From positions 16,858-80,857 of the forward strand of contig CAZHEA010000005.1 of NCBI GenBank assembly GCA_964531165.1: a stretch of DNA of 64,000 nt, read 5' to 3'. Numbering within the stretch: position 1 is the first letter of the stretch; each line of letters begins with the position of its first letter. The stretch comes from an uncultured Thiotrichaceae bacterium. GTDB lineage: Bacteria > Pseudomonadota > Gammaproteobacteria > SZUA-229. Under the pieces are notes generated by a model, which worked only from the letters and a program-made list of their open reading frames with translations, ran no database searches and was not told the origin of the DNA. The position numbers were made by a program, and so were the translations under genes. Below, piece after piece: positions 48,548-59,293 of the stretch.

Positions 48548-49723
48548 TTACCTACTTGTCCTGTTCCAAACACCGGATGAGGTAGAAAAAAATAATTTAA
48601 AAAATGAAACTGCAAAAGCAGCATTTAGTGATGCAATGAACACCGGCAATTTCATCAGCGAATAAAGAGGCATTCTTTCTTTCCAGAAAAAAGCCATGAA
48701 AGCATAAATATAAAACAATAATTGAGCTATAAACAGTAACATAAATAATTCATTGCCTATTAACAGCAATGAACTGACAAACGCCAAAACCATGAAGTGT
48801 GGAACAAACCAGCGGAAAACTTTATGTGAAATATACGCGAAAAACCTTAAAGTCAGTCTGGGCATTATTGATTTCTTAAGCCGGGCTAAAGCCTGATAAT
48901 TCCCAAGGCCGATTCGAATCCTTCTCTTAAACTCATCCTCTACATTTGGTGCGACTTCTTCAATTGATATTGCTTCAGGCTCATACACAACAGTATGATT
49001 ATTTTCAGCAAGATTCATTACTATAGTAAAATCATCAACTATAGTATCTGTCGGTATTGCAGTGTAAAATGACTTCCTAATCGCATAGTTGGCACCATTT
49101 GCACCTAAGAGAGCACCTATCCTTCCTTCATAAAACTTAAGTACATTTTCAATTTTCCAATACATACCATCAGCATTATCACCATTAACATCAATTAACT
49201 TTAGCTTTCCACAGACAGCACCAACATTTTCATCCACAAAATGTCTGACCAACTTATTAACCACCTGATCATCAAACATGGTATTCGCATCAGATAAAAT
49301 GATGATTTCCTCTGAAACAGAATCAATTATTTCATTTATAACCGATACTTTACCGCGCCTTTCTTTAAAATCAAAAAACACCAATCTATCATTTTTAATA
49401 GCATGCAATATTTCGTTAGTACCATCATCACTCGCATCAGAGCCGATATATATTTTATATTTATCCTCGGGATAATCGATAGTCAGTAGATTTTCAACTC
49501 TTTCAGCAATATGTTTTTCTTCATTAAATGCTGCAATAACAATTGCGACTTGTGGATTGTCTATAGTGTTGTTAATCCGGCGTTCAATATTTTTATTAAC
49601 GTACTTGATATCACGAATAGCTTGTAAAATCATATTTATAAACACAAGCAATACTGGATACAACAAATACGTATAAATAATTAAAAAAACCGACATAAAA
49701 AAAACAAGTTGTAAAATACCCAT
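48548..49723 (-). CDS. family 2 glycosyltransferase with N- and C-terminal TM segments
   Basis: 'VAIVIAAFNEEKHI', 'IYIGSDASDDGT', 'IIILSDANTMF' (DxD-like) and 'EFKRRIRIGLG', plus a hydrophobic C-terminal third. Confidence 0.8.
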   Translation of the reverse strand: MGILQLVFFMSVFLIIYTYLLYPVLLVFINMILQAIRDIKYVNKNIERRINNTIDNPQVAIVIAAFNEEKHIAERVENLLTIDYPEDKYKIYIGSDASDDGTNEILHAIKNDRLVFFDFKERRGKVSVINEIIDSVSEEIIILSDANTMFDDQVVNKLVRHFVDENVGAVCGKLKLIDVNGDNADGMYWKIENVLKFYEGRIGALLGANGANYAIRKSFYTAIPTDTIVDDFTIVMNLAENNHTVVYEPEAISIEEVAPNVEDEFKRRIRIGLGNYQALARLKKSIMPRLTLRFFAYISHKVFRWFVPHFMVLAFVSSLLLIGNELFMLLFIAQLLFYIYAFMAFFWKERMPLYSLMKLPVFIASLNAAFAVSFFKLFFSTSSGVWNRTSR

Positions 49724-50238
49724 TACTTTTCCTTAGCTGCTCGCAGAACTCGTGCGGGAACGCCAACAACTGTGACATCATTAGGTATACTTTTCACGAC
49801 CACTGCATTAGCACCGACTTTCACATTATTGCCTATCGTTAAATCACCAATTATTTTAGCGCCTGAGCCCACAAAAATATTATCACCTAATTCAGGGAAA
49901 CCAGATTTTTCTTCTCCGATGACAACCCCGCTTTCAATAGCAATATTTTTACCGCCCTTAACGCTTGAGTTGATTATAACACCTGTAGGGTGTAACAAAA
50001 CGAAACCCTCATCAAAATCAGCACTGATACCGATTACACAATGATTTAAAAGCTTATTCAAATATTGAAAAAAATAGGCGAATAATTTTAAATTATGACT
50101 TTCGAACCAACGCATAGTTCTATAAAGAATAACGGCAGATGTACCATCAGATAAAAATATTTTATATATTGAAACATTTCTACCAACTGAATCCTCATAT
50201 ATTTTTTGTTTATATGACAAATCTTGCTGTAATATCAT
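49723..50238 (-). CDS. hexapeptide-repeat O-acetyltransferase (serine acetyltransferase-like)
   Basis: 'GVIINSSVKGGKNIAIESGVVIGEE...LGDNIFVGSGAKIIGDLTIGNNVKVGANAVVVKSIPNDVTVVGVPARV' is left-handed beta-helix hexapeptide repeats. Confidence 0.8.
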   Translation of the reverse strand: MILQQDLSYKQKIYEDSVGRNVSIYKIFLSDGTSAVILYRTMRWFESHNLKLFAYFFQYLNKLLNHCVIGISADFDEGFVLLHPTGVIINSSVKGGKNIAIESGVVIGEEKSGFPELGDNIFVGSGAKIIGDLTIGNNVKVGANAVVVKSIPNDVTVVGVPARVLRAAKEK

Positions 50239-51419
50239 TTGACGCCTTCATATAATTGAATAATGTCTTCTGCATTATGTCCCCAGGTTCTGCTTGAATT
50301 TATATAGTGCAGAGCGGAACTACCAACTTTTTTTCTTTCTTCATTATTATTAAAAACATCAATTGTTTTTCTAACGGCTTGTGCATAATTATTTTTCTCA
50401 AATATCCAACCTGTTTTACCGTCATCAATGACTTCGACGATTGGTGGATAATCAGGTGAAATAACAGGGACGCTCATAGACATAAATTCAAATATTTTCA
50501 TTGGTGAACCATACATATTTGAATTAGGTAATATTGAAAAATCCATTACATTTATTAACTCAGGCACAGACTCATGATTAACACGACCAGTCAGTATCAC
50601 ACTTTTTTCCAAATTTTGATCTTTAACAAAACAGTCTATCTCTTCATAACACACACCATCACCCACCAATAAAAGTATCAGCTCTGGATTAGACTTAAGC
50701 TCGGAAGCAATTTCTTTAACAAAAGTATGAATACCATGCCACTCTACAAACGCACCAACATAGCCGCAAACCACTTTACCTTTCAAATCATATCTGGCAA
50801 CTAAATCAGAAGAATCAAACAACTCACTGTTAAATGTTTTAATATTAGCAGCATTTGGTAAAATTATAGTATCAGACACATCGTCATAATTAGACAATAC
50901 AGTTTGTAGAAACTCATTTGATATAAACACAAGGCCTGAGCAATATTTGAATATAAATCTTTCAAAACGCTTTGCGACACCTTTAAAGTGCAACGGCCTT
51001 ACACGCTGAACAATAGCAGAATCATTCACTTCAATTATAATTGGTATACCAAATACTTTTGAGGCCAGAACACCAGAGATCATAAAAAGAGAATATCTTT
51101 CGTAAATAAAATCAGGTTTAAACTTTAAAATGTTATAACATAAGTATATAAATGAAAAAACATTATACAGCATTTCAAGCATCTCAAATGCAAACTCAGG
51201 AATATTCTTAGAGATAAACTTTAGTATGACAGTACTAAAACCATCTTTTCTAACCTTTTGCTGCACATTATCCGATGTTTTATCAGTGGAAACATTACCC
51301 TTTAATAATGAAACAACACTCACACTATGCCCTAGATCTTCAAGTGCATTTACAGTCTCGTTTATATGAACACCTTCAGCGCCTTTTGCCTGTGTTCTAT
51401 GATGATAAATTATTTTCAC
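50235..51419 (-). CDS. family 4 (GT-B) glycosyltransferase
   Basis: The C-terminal 'GSPMKIFEFMSMSVPVISPDYPPIVEVIDDGKTGWIF' is the GT4 E-x7-E region. Confidence 0.8.
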   Translation of the reverse strand: MKIIYHHRTQAKGAEGVHINETVNALEDLGHSVSVVSLLKGNVSTDKTSDNVQQKVRKDGFSTVILKFISKNIPEFAFEMLEMLYNVFSFIYLCYNILKFKPDFIYERYSLFMISGVLASKVFGIPIIIEVNDSAIVQRVRPLHFKGVAKRFERFIFKYCSGLVFISNEFLQTVLSNYDDVSDTIILPNAANIKTFNSELFDSSDLVARYDLKGKVVCGYVGAFVEWHGIHTFVKEIASELKSNPELILLLVGDGVCYEEIDCFVKDQNLEKSVILTGRVNHESVPELINVMDFSILPNSNMYGSPMKIFEFMSMSVPVISPDYPPIVEVIDDGKTGWIFEKNNYAQAVRKTIDVFNNNEERKKVGSSALHYINSSRTWGHNAEDIIQLYEGVK

Positions 51420-52066
51420 TACAAAGCCCTCTTCAATGTATCAAACTGGTAGCCTCTTTCTATCCAATATGGCAATAGTAATTTTAAAGCATCCAGTGAG
51501 TTATTATTGTCATCATGAAATAGAATAACATCACCATTACTGACAGTTGATAGTTCAAATTTCCTGAATATCTCCTCACCACATAAGCCTTGATAATCCA
51601 GGCTATCACGTGACCACATAGCAATTGGTACTTTTATCTTCAACATTTTTGCTATAAAAGAAAACGTCATCTCACCTCTTGGCGGACGGAAATGTCTAAT
51701 CGCTACACCATCAATTGAGTTAAGAATAGAATTTAGCTTCATTACAGATTTTATTTGATCGACAGAACTAAGTTTTGAAAAATCATTATGCTCCATCGTA
51801 TGGTTACAAATATAATGACCTTTATCACTTATTGACTTAGCAATGTCAAAATTTTCATTTACACATTCACCGACCAAAAAAAACGTAGCTTTTACAGAAA
51901 ATTTATCAAGCAAAGCTAAAAAACTAGATGTATATCCAACATTCGGACCATCATCAAATGTTAAATATATTACTTTTTTATCAGTGTTTTCTTTAAATAT
52001 AACCTTAGTATTGGGAAGAAGCAGAAGAGTCATTCTTCTCAAAATTCTATATATTTTACCGTTCAT
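51419..52066 (-). CDS. polysaccharide deacetylase (CE4 / NodB homology)
   Basis: 'IYLTFDDGPN', 'ATFFLVGE', 'ICNHTMEHND', 'FRPPRGE' and 'ILFHD' are the five CE4 motifs, in order. Confidence 0.85.
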   Translation of the reverse strand: MNGKIYRILRRMTLLLLPNTKVIFKENTDKKVIYLTFDDGPNVGYTSSFLALLDKFSVKATFFLVGECVNENFDIAKSISDKGHYICNHTMEHNDFSKLSSVDQIKSVMKLNSILNSIDGVAIRHFRPPRGEMTFSFIAKMLKIKVPIAMWSRDSLDYQGLCGEEIFRKFELSTVSNGDVILFHDDNNNSLDALKLLLPYWIERGYQFDTLKRAL

Positions 52067-53220
52067 ACATCCAACTCAATTACTTTATTTATAGCGGCTG
52101 CATTTTCATCCCATGTAGAAAACTTTATAGACTCATTAACTAACACCCTATCCCATGTAGTAGAAATAACATCTGAAACACTCTCTTTAAGAGAAACAAT
52201 GTCTCCAGCATCAACAAGCCTACCATTTTTATCATTTATGATTTCAGGTATACCACCAACTTTTGATGCGACTACTGGTGTACCACAAGCCACAGACTCT
52301 AATAGAACATTTGGCAACCCCTCATGATAACTTGGTAAACAGGTAAAATCTGAAAATTTATACCAGTGGGAAATTTTTTCGGGTGACAGTTTAGATAAAA
52401 TGAGAACATGTTCCGTTAATTTTTTAGTGGCTATCAAATCAGACATTGTTTGTAACTCAGCACCACCTCCAATTAAAACAACTTTAAGTGAATGCTTTAT
52501 ACAATAATCCGCATCAAAAATACTCAAAAAGTCTAAAACGCCTTTCTCCTTTTTGAAATTACCTACAAACAAGCCTACTTTACCTACATACCCTCTCAAC
52601 TCCTGAGGACGATCAGCCTGATCAACAGAAGTATTAAACAGCTCTTTATCAATACCATTATAGATAGTAAATATTTTTGTAGCCGGGCAAAGAGAGCTTA
52701 AAATAGTTTTAAGGTATTCACTTACGGAAACAACAGCATCAACATTTTGTAAAACTTTAATTGATTGCTTCTTTTTCGAATCAGAGCTTACTGCTTCTTC
52801 TACATCGGTACCATGAACCTTAACAAAACAGTTAGCACTTAGCTTATTAGCCAACAACATCGTAGAAAATGCATCTGGATAGAGCCAGGTAGCTAAAAAA
52901 GTAGCTTTATCTACATTATGTATTTTCATAACCGTTCTATAGATTGAAAAAAACATAAAATAACCATTTAAATATCTCAACATACCTGGGAAATAGTAGT
53001 ATGTTGGATAACGTACTTCTATGTTTTGATATTTCGATATTTTATATAGAGATAAACTTTTAAATTTAATTGCATTTTTAATTTTTGAAACCCAGGACAC
53101 AGGGGAAACAACAGTCACATCATGATTATTCGCAAGAGCTCTAATTTGTTTTAAATTAAAAGGAGAACGATGAGGCTCCAGTGGATTAGGGAATAAATTT
53201 GTTATCACAATTAAATTCAT
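52063..53220 (-). CDS. family 4 glycosyltransferase
   Basis: 'LPSYHEGLPNVLLESVACGTPVVASKVGGIPEII'. Confidence 0.85.
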   Translation of the reverse strand: MNLIVITNLFPNPLEPHRSPFNLKQIRALANNHDVTVVSPVSWVSKIKNAIKFKSLSLYKISKYQNIEVRYPTYYYFPGMLRYLNGYFMFFSIYRTVMKIHNVDKATFLATWLYPDAFSTMLLANKLSANCFVKVHGTDVEEAVSSDSKKKQSIKVLQNVDAVVSVSEYLKTILSSLCPATKIFTIYNGIDKELFNTSVDQADRPQELRGYVGKVGLFVGNFKKEKGVLDFLSIFDADYCIKHSLKVVLIGGGAELQTMSDLIATKKLTEHVLILSKLSPEKISHWYKFSDFTCLPSYHEGLPNVLLESVACGTPVVASKVGGIPEIINDKNGRLVDAGDIVSLKESVSDVISTTWDRVLVNESIKFSTWDENAAAINKVIELDV

Positions 53221-53221
53221 T

Positions 53222-54328
53222 TTAGCAACCTAATTCTCTATATACCTTCCGATATTTATCAATCATGCTAGACAAATTATACTTATTAATCGCAGTGTTT
53301 CTTGCATTCTCACCCATAACTTTAAGTAACTCTACATCTGCTGCAAGCTTTAACCATGCATCACAAATATCTGAAGCATCACGGCCCTCAATCAAAAAAC
53401 CGTTTTCTCCATTAGTTATCATTTCGCTTAACCCACCAACATCAGTCGATATAATTGGCAAAGATGAAGCTAAAGCCTCTATAACAGCAATTGGCATTCC
53501 TTCTGTATGCGAAGTTAAAGCAAACCAATCTGCCTGTTTAAGCAATAGAGACACATCAGACCTGTTACCATAAAACTTTACTGCTTCGCTGAGGTTTAAT
53601 TCCTGACTTATTTTTTCAAGGCTTTGTCTCTCAGGGCCATCGCCAACTATATGCAATTTGCTTGTAGGGTATTTATTTAAAAACAGGTACATCGTATTTA
53701 GAAGCGTGTCCTGACCTTTTTCCTGTGACAACCGGCCAACGTGAATTATATTGATTGAATCGGAATTAAACTCGGGAAAACTACATTCAGCTGCACTTAG
53801 ATAAGGTTCTAAATCAACCCCATTTTCTATCATGACAGTTTTATTCGCAGGGGACTTTTCAAACTCAACTGCTAATTTTCTGGCATCTTCAGAAACGGTT
53901 ACAACTCTATCCGACAAAATTGAAGCTATTCGATTTAATAAAACCCTACCTTTATCATCAGGTTTATTACGACCATGCTTTGTATGAACAAGTTTACAGC
54001 CTGGCATTACAAAAGAAGATAATGCACCATAAAAATGTGGCCCGGAGTTATGTGTATGCACAATGCTGATATTGTACTTTATTATGATTTTAGCTATTTT
54101 TAAAACCAGCCCTAATTGAATACCGGGCTTTTTGTCTAAAACGATTAAATCTGAGATGTACTCGTCCATCTCATTAATCAAGCTGCCTTTGTTTTCAAGA
54201 CAACACAAGACAATATCATAGTGCTTTGACATTCCTTTAGCCAAATCTATAACCATCTTTTCGAGACCACCAACTTCCAGACTTAAAACCAAAAATAGTA
54301 TTTTTTTCTTTTTCATATCATTTATCAC
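53222..54328 (-). CDS. family 4 glycosyltransferase
   Basis: 'LTSHTEGMPIAVIEALASSLPIISTDVGGLSEMI' with N-terminal 'KILFLVLSLEVGGLEKMV'. Confidence 0.85.
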   Translation of the reverse strand: MINDMKKKKILFLVLSLEVGGLEKMVIDLAKGMSKHYDIVLCCLENKGSLINEMDEYISDLIVLDKKPGIQLGLVLKIAKIIIKYNISIVHTHNSGPHFYGALSSFVMPGCKLVHTKHGRNKPDDKGRVLLNRIASILSDRVVTVSEDARKLAVEFEKSPANKTVMIENGVDLEPYLSAAECSFPEFNSDSINIIHVGRLSQEKGQDTLLNTMYLFLNKYPTSKLHIVGDGPERQSLEKISQELNLSEAVKFYGNRSDVSLLLKQADWFALTSHTEGMPIAVIEALASSLPIISTDVGGLSEMITNGENGFLIEGRDASDICDAWLKLAADVELLKVMGENARNTAINKYNLSSMIDKYRKVYRELGC

Positions 54329-55871
54329 GACTATTACTTTTTACTTGCAAATACATGTTTTTATCTATTGCATAATCTACAATTTTTGTGAAATAGTTTA
54401 TTTCTGATCGCGTAATGCGCTCAATTAAATATCTCACTAATTTCAAATCATCTAAATTCCAGCATTTGAACAAAACAGTAATGACTAGATAAAAAACACC
54501 AAAAAACACCGTGCCAACTGCAACCGATAATAATGGAGACATAACATTGCTCAATAACACTGGAATAACCAATGAAAGTAAACCCGCCAATAATATGCGA
54601 CTTATTACCGCTAGCTGTAAATTCACTGTCAAATATGTGGATGCTGTATAAATTATTAGAACTGACACACTAAATGTCGATATAAGAGCAGCATAAAGCG
54701 CCCCCTCCAACCCAAAGGATTTAATCAAAAAATAATCTAATATAATATTAAGTATAGCTGCAAAAATCATAATTTTTAGCATCAGCTTCTGTCTATCCGA
54801 GCTCATATGAAAGCTTATAGCAGCTGTCGCTATGCTATACATAGAAGCGTTTATCAGACAAATTTTAAGTGGAAAAACGGCTTCACTGTAATCACTACCA
54901 TACATTACAAATATTATTTCACTAGAATACAATATACCTAATAAGGTAACAGGTATTGTCAGTGCAAACAGATAACGCGAGGAAGAGACCAGAACATCTG
55001 CCAAATCGCCTTTATTATTAACGCCTATTTTTGACATCAACGGCAGAAGCACAGCACTATAAACTCCTGGAACTAACAATACCATGGCTCCAGCAAGTGC
55101 ATGTCCAATATTATAATATGCAACATTTTCTTTTGTTGACATAAAATTAAGAAATGCAATTTCAGATTGCTTGAATACTAAAAAACCTAAAATCACATTT
55201 GCAGAGACCACTTTCAAATGATGTACAGTTCTTATTTTAATTGCATCTGGCAGCTCATATATCTCACCAGTGAACAAACTAGATATATAACGTCTGGCTA
55301 GTAAAAAGTAAATCAAACTGATAAATATATATAACAATAAAAACTCATTAATACCTTTACCAGTAAAAAACAAAACTATAACTACTAACAAATTAATAGG
55401 GCTTACAATTGTTACCAGCTTAGCTATTAAGCTAAATTTATCAATTCCTTTAGCTGCTGATATATAGAACATATATGACGCTTTAAAATAAACAGCAACT
55501 AAAAAAGGAACAAGAAAATATATTGAAATGTTTCTAAATAAAGAGTCCCAGTAGAAATATCCTAAAGCAAAAAACATAGTTATAAGAACAATAGCTTTGA
55601 AATTCTGGATTTTTCTAAAATAGACAAAGATACTTCTAGTGTTACCAACTACCTGCTTACCTCGTTCTTCAGCCAAAAACTTAATAACAGCTGTAGTCAC
55701 ACCGCCATTCATTAGTACAATAAGTAACGAGCAGACCCAAATAATGAAAGCGTAATCACCGTATGCAGTAGCACCTAATGACCTCGCCACCAATATAGAA
55801 ATTAATAGACCTAGAAAGTACTCAACATAAATTGATATTGATGAGTAGAATGTTTGATTGATTACTGACAT
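54318..55871 (-). CDS. Wzx-type oligosaccharide flippase (MOP superfamily)
   Basis: 517 aa, hydrophobic throughout with about 12-14 predicted helices. Its position lies between the ligase/polymerase-like gene and the GTs. Confidence 0.7.
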   Translation of the reverse strand: MSVINQTFYSSISIYVEYFLGLLISILVARSLGATAYGDYAFIIWVCSLLIVLMNGGVTTAVIKFLAEERGKQVVGNTRSIFVYFRKIQNFKAIVLITMFFALGYFYWDSLFRNISIYFLVPFLVAVYFKASYMFYISAAKGIDKFSLIAKLVTIVSPINLLVVIVLFFTGKGINEFLLLYIFISLIYFLLARRYISSLFTGEIYELPDAIKIRTVHHLKVVSANVILGFLVFKQSEIAFLNFMSTKENVAYYNIGHALAGAMVLLVPGVYSAVLLPLMSKIGVNNKGDLADVLVSSSRYLFALTIPVTLLGILYSSEIIFVMYGSDYSEAVFPLKICLINASMYSIATAAISFHMSSDRQKLMLKIMIFAAILNIILDYFLIKSFGLEGALYAALISTFSVSVLIIYTASTYLTVNLQLAVISRILLAGLLSLVIPVLLSNVMSPLLSVAVGTVFFGVFYLVITVLFKCWNLDDLKLVRYLIERITRSEINYFTKIVDYAIDKNMYLQVKSNSRDK

Positions 55872-55884
55872 AAATAATTCACAT

Positions 55885-57210
55885 TTACGATATAGCTAAT
55901 AGGACTTTAACAACAAAATATAACCCTATAATACTAGCAAAAGCATACGCCATAATTTTATTTGTATAAGTTGACGGCATAAAGTCATCATTTATGATAT
56001 TTGGAAATTTTATTCTTAAATTAATATAGTTAGCAACACTGGCTGCGCATAGAATATATAATAAAATATTGTAACTTCTACTGAGAAAAAATGCGGGTAT
56101 CAAAAAGCCCAAAATTGAAAAAGCAAGTGCATATGTTATCTCAAAATCTTTCTTATAAATACTTTCATTATCACCGTTATCCTCTTCGAGACTTTTCTTC
56201 TCTAATGCTGATCCAATATTAAGCATCATATTCAATGTTATCCCCCAGAACAACACCCATATGACATACCCTATTACACCCAACTCAGCCATGACCAGCA
56301 CATATGAATTATGAGCAGTAAGATAATTATGTTCGGTGAAATTTCCCGGCCCAACTCCAGTTAGCGGGTGATAGATCAGCATTTGATAGCCTTCATACCA
56401 CGCTTCAACCCTTCCCTGTGCAGATTCTTCACTTGCATCAATTTCAGATACTCGGCTTGGCATACTTAAAAGACCAACAATAAACACCAGTCCCGCTATA
56501 AGGGTGTATAGCTTTCCGTATTTTTTAAGCGCATAAACTCCTCCCATTGCACCAACAGCAAGCATAGCTCCCCTTGAAGTTGTAAGCACAATTGCATATA
56601 CAACTGTCAAAATGCCTAAAATATATATTAAACGTGCAAATTTCCCTTCTGAATTTTTTATAAAATATAGGTATGACGGGATTGATATTACAAAAAACAT
56701 ACCTAAATCATTAGGGTCATTCAATATCCCAATATAACTAATTCTGCCTTGTACCAATCCAGCTCCAGTCCAGCCAAAACCATTTTGAGCTTGCTGAATT
56801 CCGTGTAGAGCCAATACAAATGCACATATTGCTAATAGCCTCATTAGTTTAGAAAGCTTTTCAGACGAATCGAATGCATCGACAATAAAAAAGTACAAAA
56901 GTACAATGGGTAAAAATTTTTTAATTATTTCCTCTACACCACCAAGCCAGCCTGACAAAGTTATTGATACAAACATAAATAAAATAAACATTATGATCAA
57001 TTTATTTTGTATTACTTTGCTTCTATCATGCCGTGCAAATGGAAACATGAGTATACCTGCTATCATCAGTACAGGCATAAAAGGTATATCCATCAATTCT
57101 GGAATATACTCATGTGGACGAACTACAGTGAACATTATATAAAGCAAAGAAATATTGACGAGAAAGTTTCTTCTTTTGTTTGCCTCAATATCAACTTTAT
57201 CAAGCATCAA
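55885..57210 (-). CDS. O-antigen ligase/polymerase-like (Wzy_C) membrane protein
   Basis: Multi-TM protein. The 'TSRGAMLAV' loop and 'TAHNSYVLVMAELGVIGYVIW' match the Wzy_C signature. Its position matches the exosortase-A-associated O-glycosylation-ligase-like gene. Confidence 0.7.
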   Translation of the reverse strand: MMLDKVDIEANKRRNFLVNISLLYIMFTVVRPHEYIPELMDIPFMPVLMIAGILMFPFARHDRSKVIQNKLIIMFILFMFVSITLSGWLGGVEEIIKKFLPIVLLYFFIVDAFDSSEKLSKLMRLLAICAFVLALHGIQQAQNGFGWTGAGLVQGRISYIGILNDPNDLGMFFVISIPSYLYFIKNSEGKFARLIYILGILTVVYAIVLTTSRGAMLAVGAMGGVYALKKYGKLYTLIAGLVFIVGLLSMPSRVSEIDASEESAQGRVEAWYEGYQMLIYHPLTGVGPGNFTEHNYLTAHNSYVLVMAELGVIGYVIWVLFWGITLNMMLNIGSALEKKSLEEDNGDNESIYKKDFEITYALAFSILGFLIPAFFLSRSYNILLYILCAASVANYINLRIKFPNIINDDFMPSTYTNKIMAYAFASIIGLYFVVKVLLAIS

Positions 57211-58226
57211 AAAAACCAGGGAGCTTTAAGCTGTATTGAAAAACATTTTTTTGATGTGTATCTTTCAACACAAAGTCTTTTTATAGAAAAGGAATTCATA
57301 GTACTTCTATAATTAACACCCTGCATATATGCAAAGCCTAATTTATAACCCATGCTTTTTGCCATATCCTGAACAACGAGACTAAATGTACCTTCTTTAC
57401 CAGATGGATAAGCCAGACTTTCACAATGTGTATTTAATTTTTTTTCAATGATCGCTTTGGAGTCAAAAAGCTCGTCATGCAGTTCACTGTTGCTGACTTT
57501 AGAGAGTATAGGATGTGTTACAGAATGCGAACCAAAACTCATTCCATTGTTATTCATTTCTATAACGTTTTCCCAGGTCATAGGATAGTTCGAGGACACA
57601 GTTTCAACAGAGTCATTAAAACCTAGTTTTTCCTGAATTTCATTAATTAACACAAGCCTGTCATCATTATCAACCTGTTTCAATTTAGATAAAACCTGCT
57701 TAATTAATTCATCACGTCCATTTAAGTCTGGAGAGATAGATACTTTCTCATCAAGCCATGAGAAACAGACCTCACAATGTGAGGTTGCCTTAATAATATA
57801 TGCAACTTTATCAAACCAGAACAAGCATTTTTGATTTATGTAATCGGTGCTAATAAAAAAAGTAGCAGGAGTTACATGTTTTTTTAAAACAGGGAAAGCA
57901 TTATAGTAATTATCTGAAAAACCATCATCAAATGTAATTAAAACGGATTTTTTCTTGATTTTTGCATTGTTATTTACAATATCTGAAAACTCATCTAACG
58001 ATATAACATTGTAATTTTTTTTAATATATCTAATTTGCCAATCAAAATCTTCACATGTCGCACTTATTAGCTCTTTATCAAATAAGCAATCATCATCATT
58101 ATAATCAAAAATTCTATGATATGCTAAAACTATCACTTTCTCTTTGTTAAAAAAAATGAAATTTAAAACATCGAAAAACCCAAGCATGTCCAGTAAACCA
58201 GCAACTATTTCTCTTTTACTTTTCAT
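57207..58226 (-). CDS. polysaccharide deacetylase family protein (CE4), PEP-CTERM-locus type by position
   Basis: 'VLITFDDGFSDNYYNAFPVLKKHVTPATFFIST' and 'GSHSVTHPIL'. It overlaps the downstream gene by 4 nt. Confidence 0.8.
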   Translation of the reverse strand: MKSKREIVAGLLDMLGFFDVLNFIFFNKEKVIVLAYHRIFDYNDDDCLFDKELISATCEDFDWQIRYIKKNYNVISLDEFSDIVNNNAKIKKKSVLITFDDGFSDNYYNAFPVLKKHVTPATFFISTDYINQKCLFWFDKVAYIIKATSHCEVCFSWLDEKVSISPDLNGRDELIKQVLSKLKQVDNDDRLVLINEIQEKLGFNDSVETVSSNYPMTWENVIEMNNNGMSFGSHSVTHPILSKVSNSELHDELFDSKAIIEKKLNTHCESLAYPSGKEGTFSLVVQDMAKSMGYKLGFAYMQGVNYRSTMNSFSIKRLCVERYTSKKCFSIQLKAPWFF

Positions 58227-58281
58227 TCCACTCTTACGCTCAAAATTTCACACTATTAAAGGCTCTGCTTGAGGATATATT

Positions 58282-59280
58282 CTAGCTATTTTTAAGCTCA
58301 ATGCTATCTGCAATTCTTTTTAACTGTCTGGATATCTCAACTAGTGCTCGTGATGAGATAGGTCCATATGCTTCCTGAATCAAATCCCGAACATCAGCCA
58401 CATCTAAATCCTCATCAATAGCATTCACTTCATATAGCGATGTATCATCATGCGAACTGTTATAGTTGGTCTTTTCTTCACCCCACTGCAATTCACTGAT
58501 TGCACTAACTATTTCTTCGTCACTAATTACACTGCGGTCGCTAGCAAATGCACAGGTTAAAGCCGTATCACAAAGCGTGTTAATTAGTCTGGGTGTACCT
58601 TTGGTATGCTCATAAATAGTTTTATAAAGCTCGGTTGGAAACAACACTCCTTCAGACCCTGCAACTTTTAGACGATGAACAATGTACTCACCTGTTTCTT
58701 CTTCTGATAAAGTTCTAACATGATATTTCAGACTTATCCGCTGCCTTAACTGTTCCATATCTGGTGCTTCAAGCTTGTAATTTAGCTCAGGCTGGCCAAC
58801 AAGTATTACATGTAGTATTTTTTCTTTTTGTGTTTCAACACTAGAGAGCATTGTAATTTCTTCTAACACTCTTTTACTTAGATTCTGAGCATCATCTATG
58901 ATCAGTAGTATCTGTTTTCCGTCAAGATAGCTATTTACTAAAAACTGATTAAGCATGCTTAACAACTCGACTTTCTTTGCTGCAAATGGATTCAAACCAA
59001 ATTCAACCAGGATAGCCTGAAGCAGCTCAACTTCATCAAGCTGTGTTTGAAATATTTTTGCCACAAGAACATTCTTATCTAATTCTATAAGTAGCTTTTT
59101 TATGAGGGTAGTTTTGCCTGAACCAATCTCGCCTGTAATAACCACAAATCCCTCGCGATTAAAAATAGCATATTCCATATATGCCTTTGCTCTTGAGTGA
59201 GCTGAACTCATATACAGGTAATCGGTATCTGGTGTAATACGGAATGGATAATCTTTTAATCCAAAATACTCCATATACAT
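58282..59280 (-). CDS. ExeA-like AAA ATPase (PEP-CTERM-locus secretion ATPase type)
   Basis: 'FGLKDYPFRITPDTDYLYMSSAHSRA', Walker A 'GEIGSGKTTL', Walker B 'LLIIDDAQNL' and 'LHVILVGQPEL'. Confidence 0.8.
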   Translation of the reverse strand: MYMEYFGLKDYPFRITPDTDYLYMSSAHSRAKAYMEYAIFNREGFVVITGEIGSGKTTLIKKLLIELDKNVLVAKIFQTQLDEVELLQAILVEFGLNPFAAKKVELLSMLNQFLVNSYLDGKQILLIIDDAQNLSKRVLEEITMLSSVETQKEKILHVILVGQPELNYKLEAPDMEQLRQRISLKYHVRTLSEEETGEYIVHRLKVAGSEGVLFPTELYKTIYEHTKGTPRLINTLCDTALTCAFASDRSVISDEEIVSAISELQWGEEKTNYNSSHDDTSLYEVNAIDEDLDVADVRDLIQEAYGPISSRALVEISRQLKRIADSIELKNS

Positions 59281-59293
59281 AGCATGGTGTCCT

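Noticed and set aside
55885-57210. Possibility that the 441-aa multi-TM protein is the missing exosortase
   Set aside because: It carries the Wzy_C/O-antigen-ligase signature ('TAHNSYVLVMAELGVIG'). It lacks the exosortase pattern of conserved Cys/Arg/His on successive helices and an EpsI-type extension.
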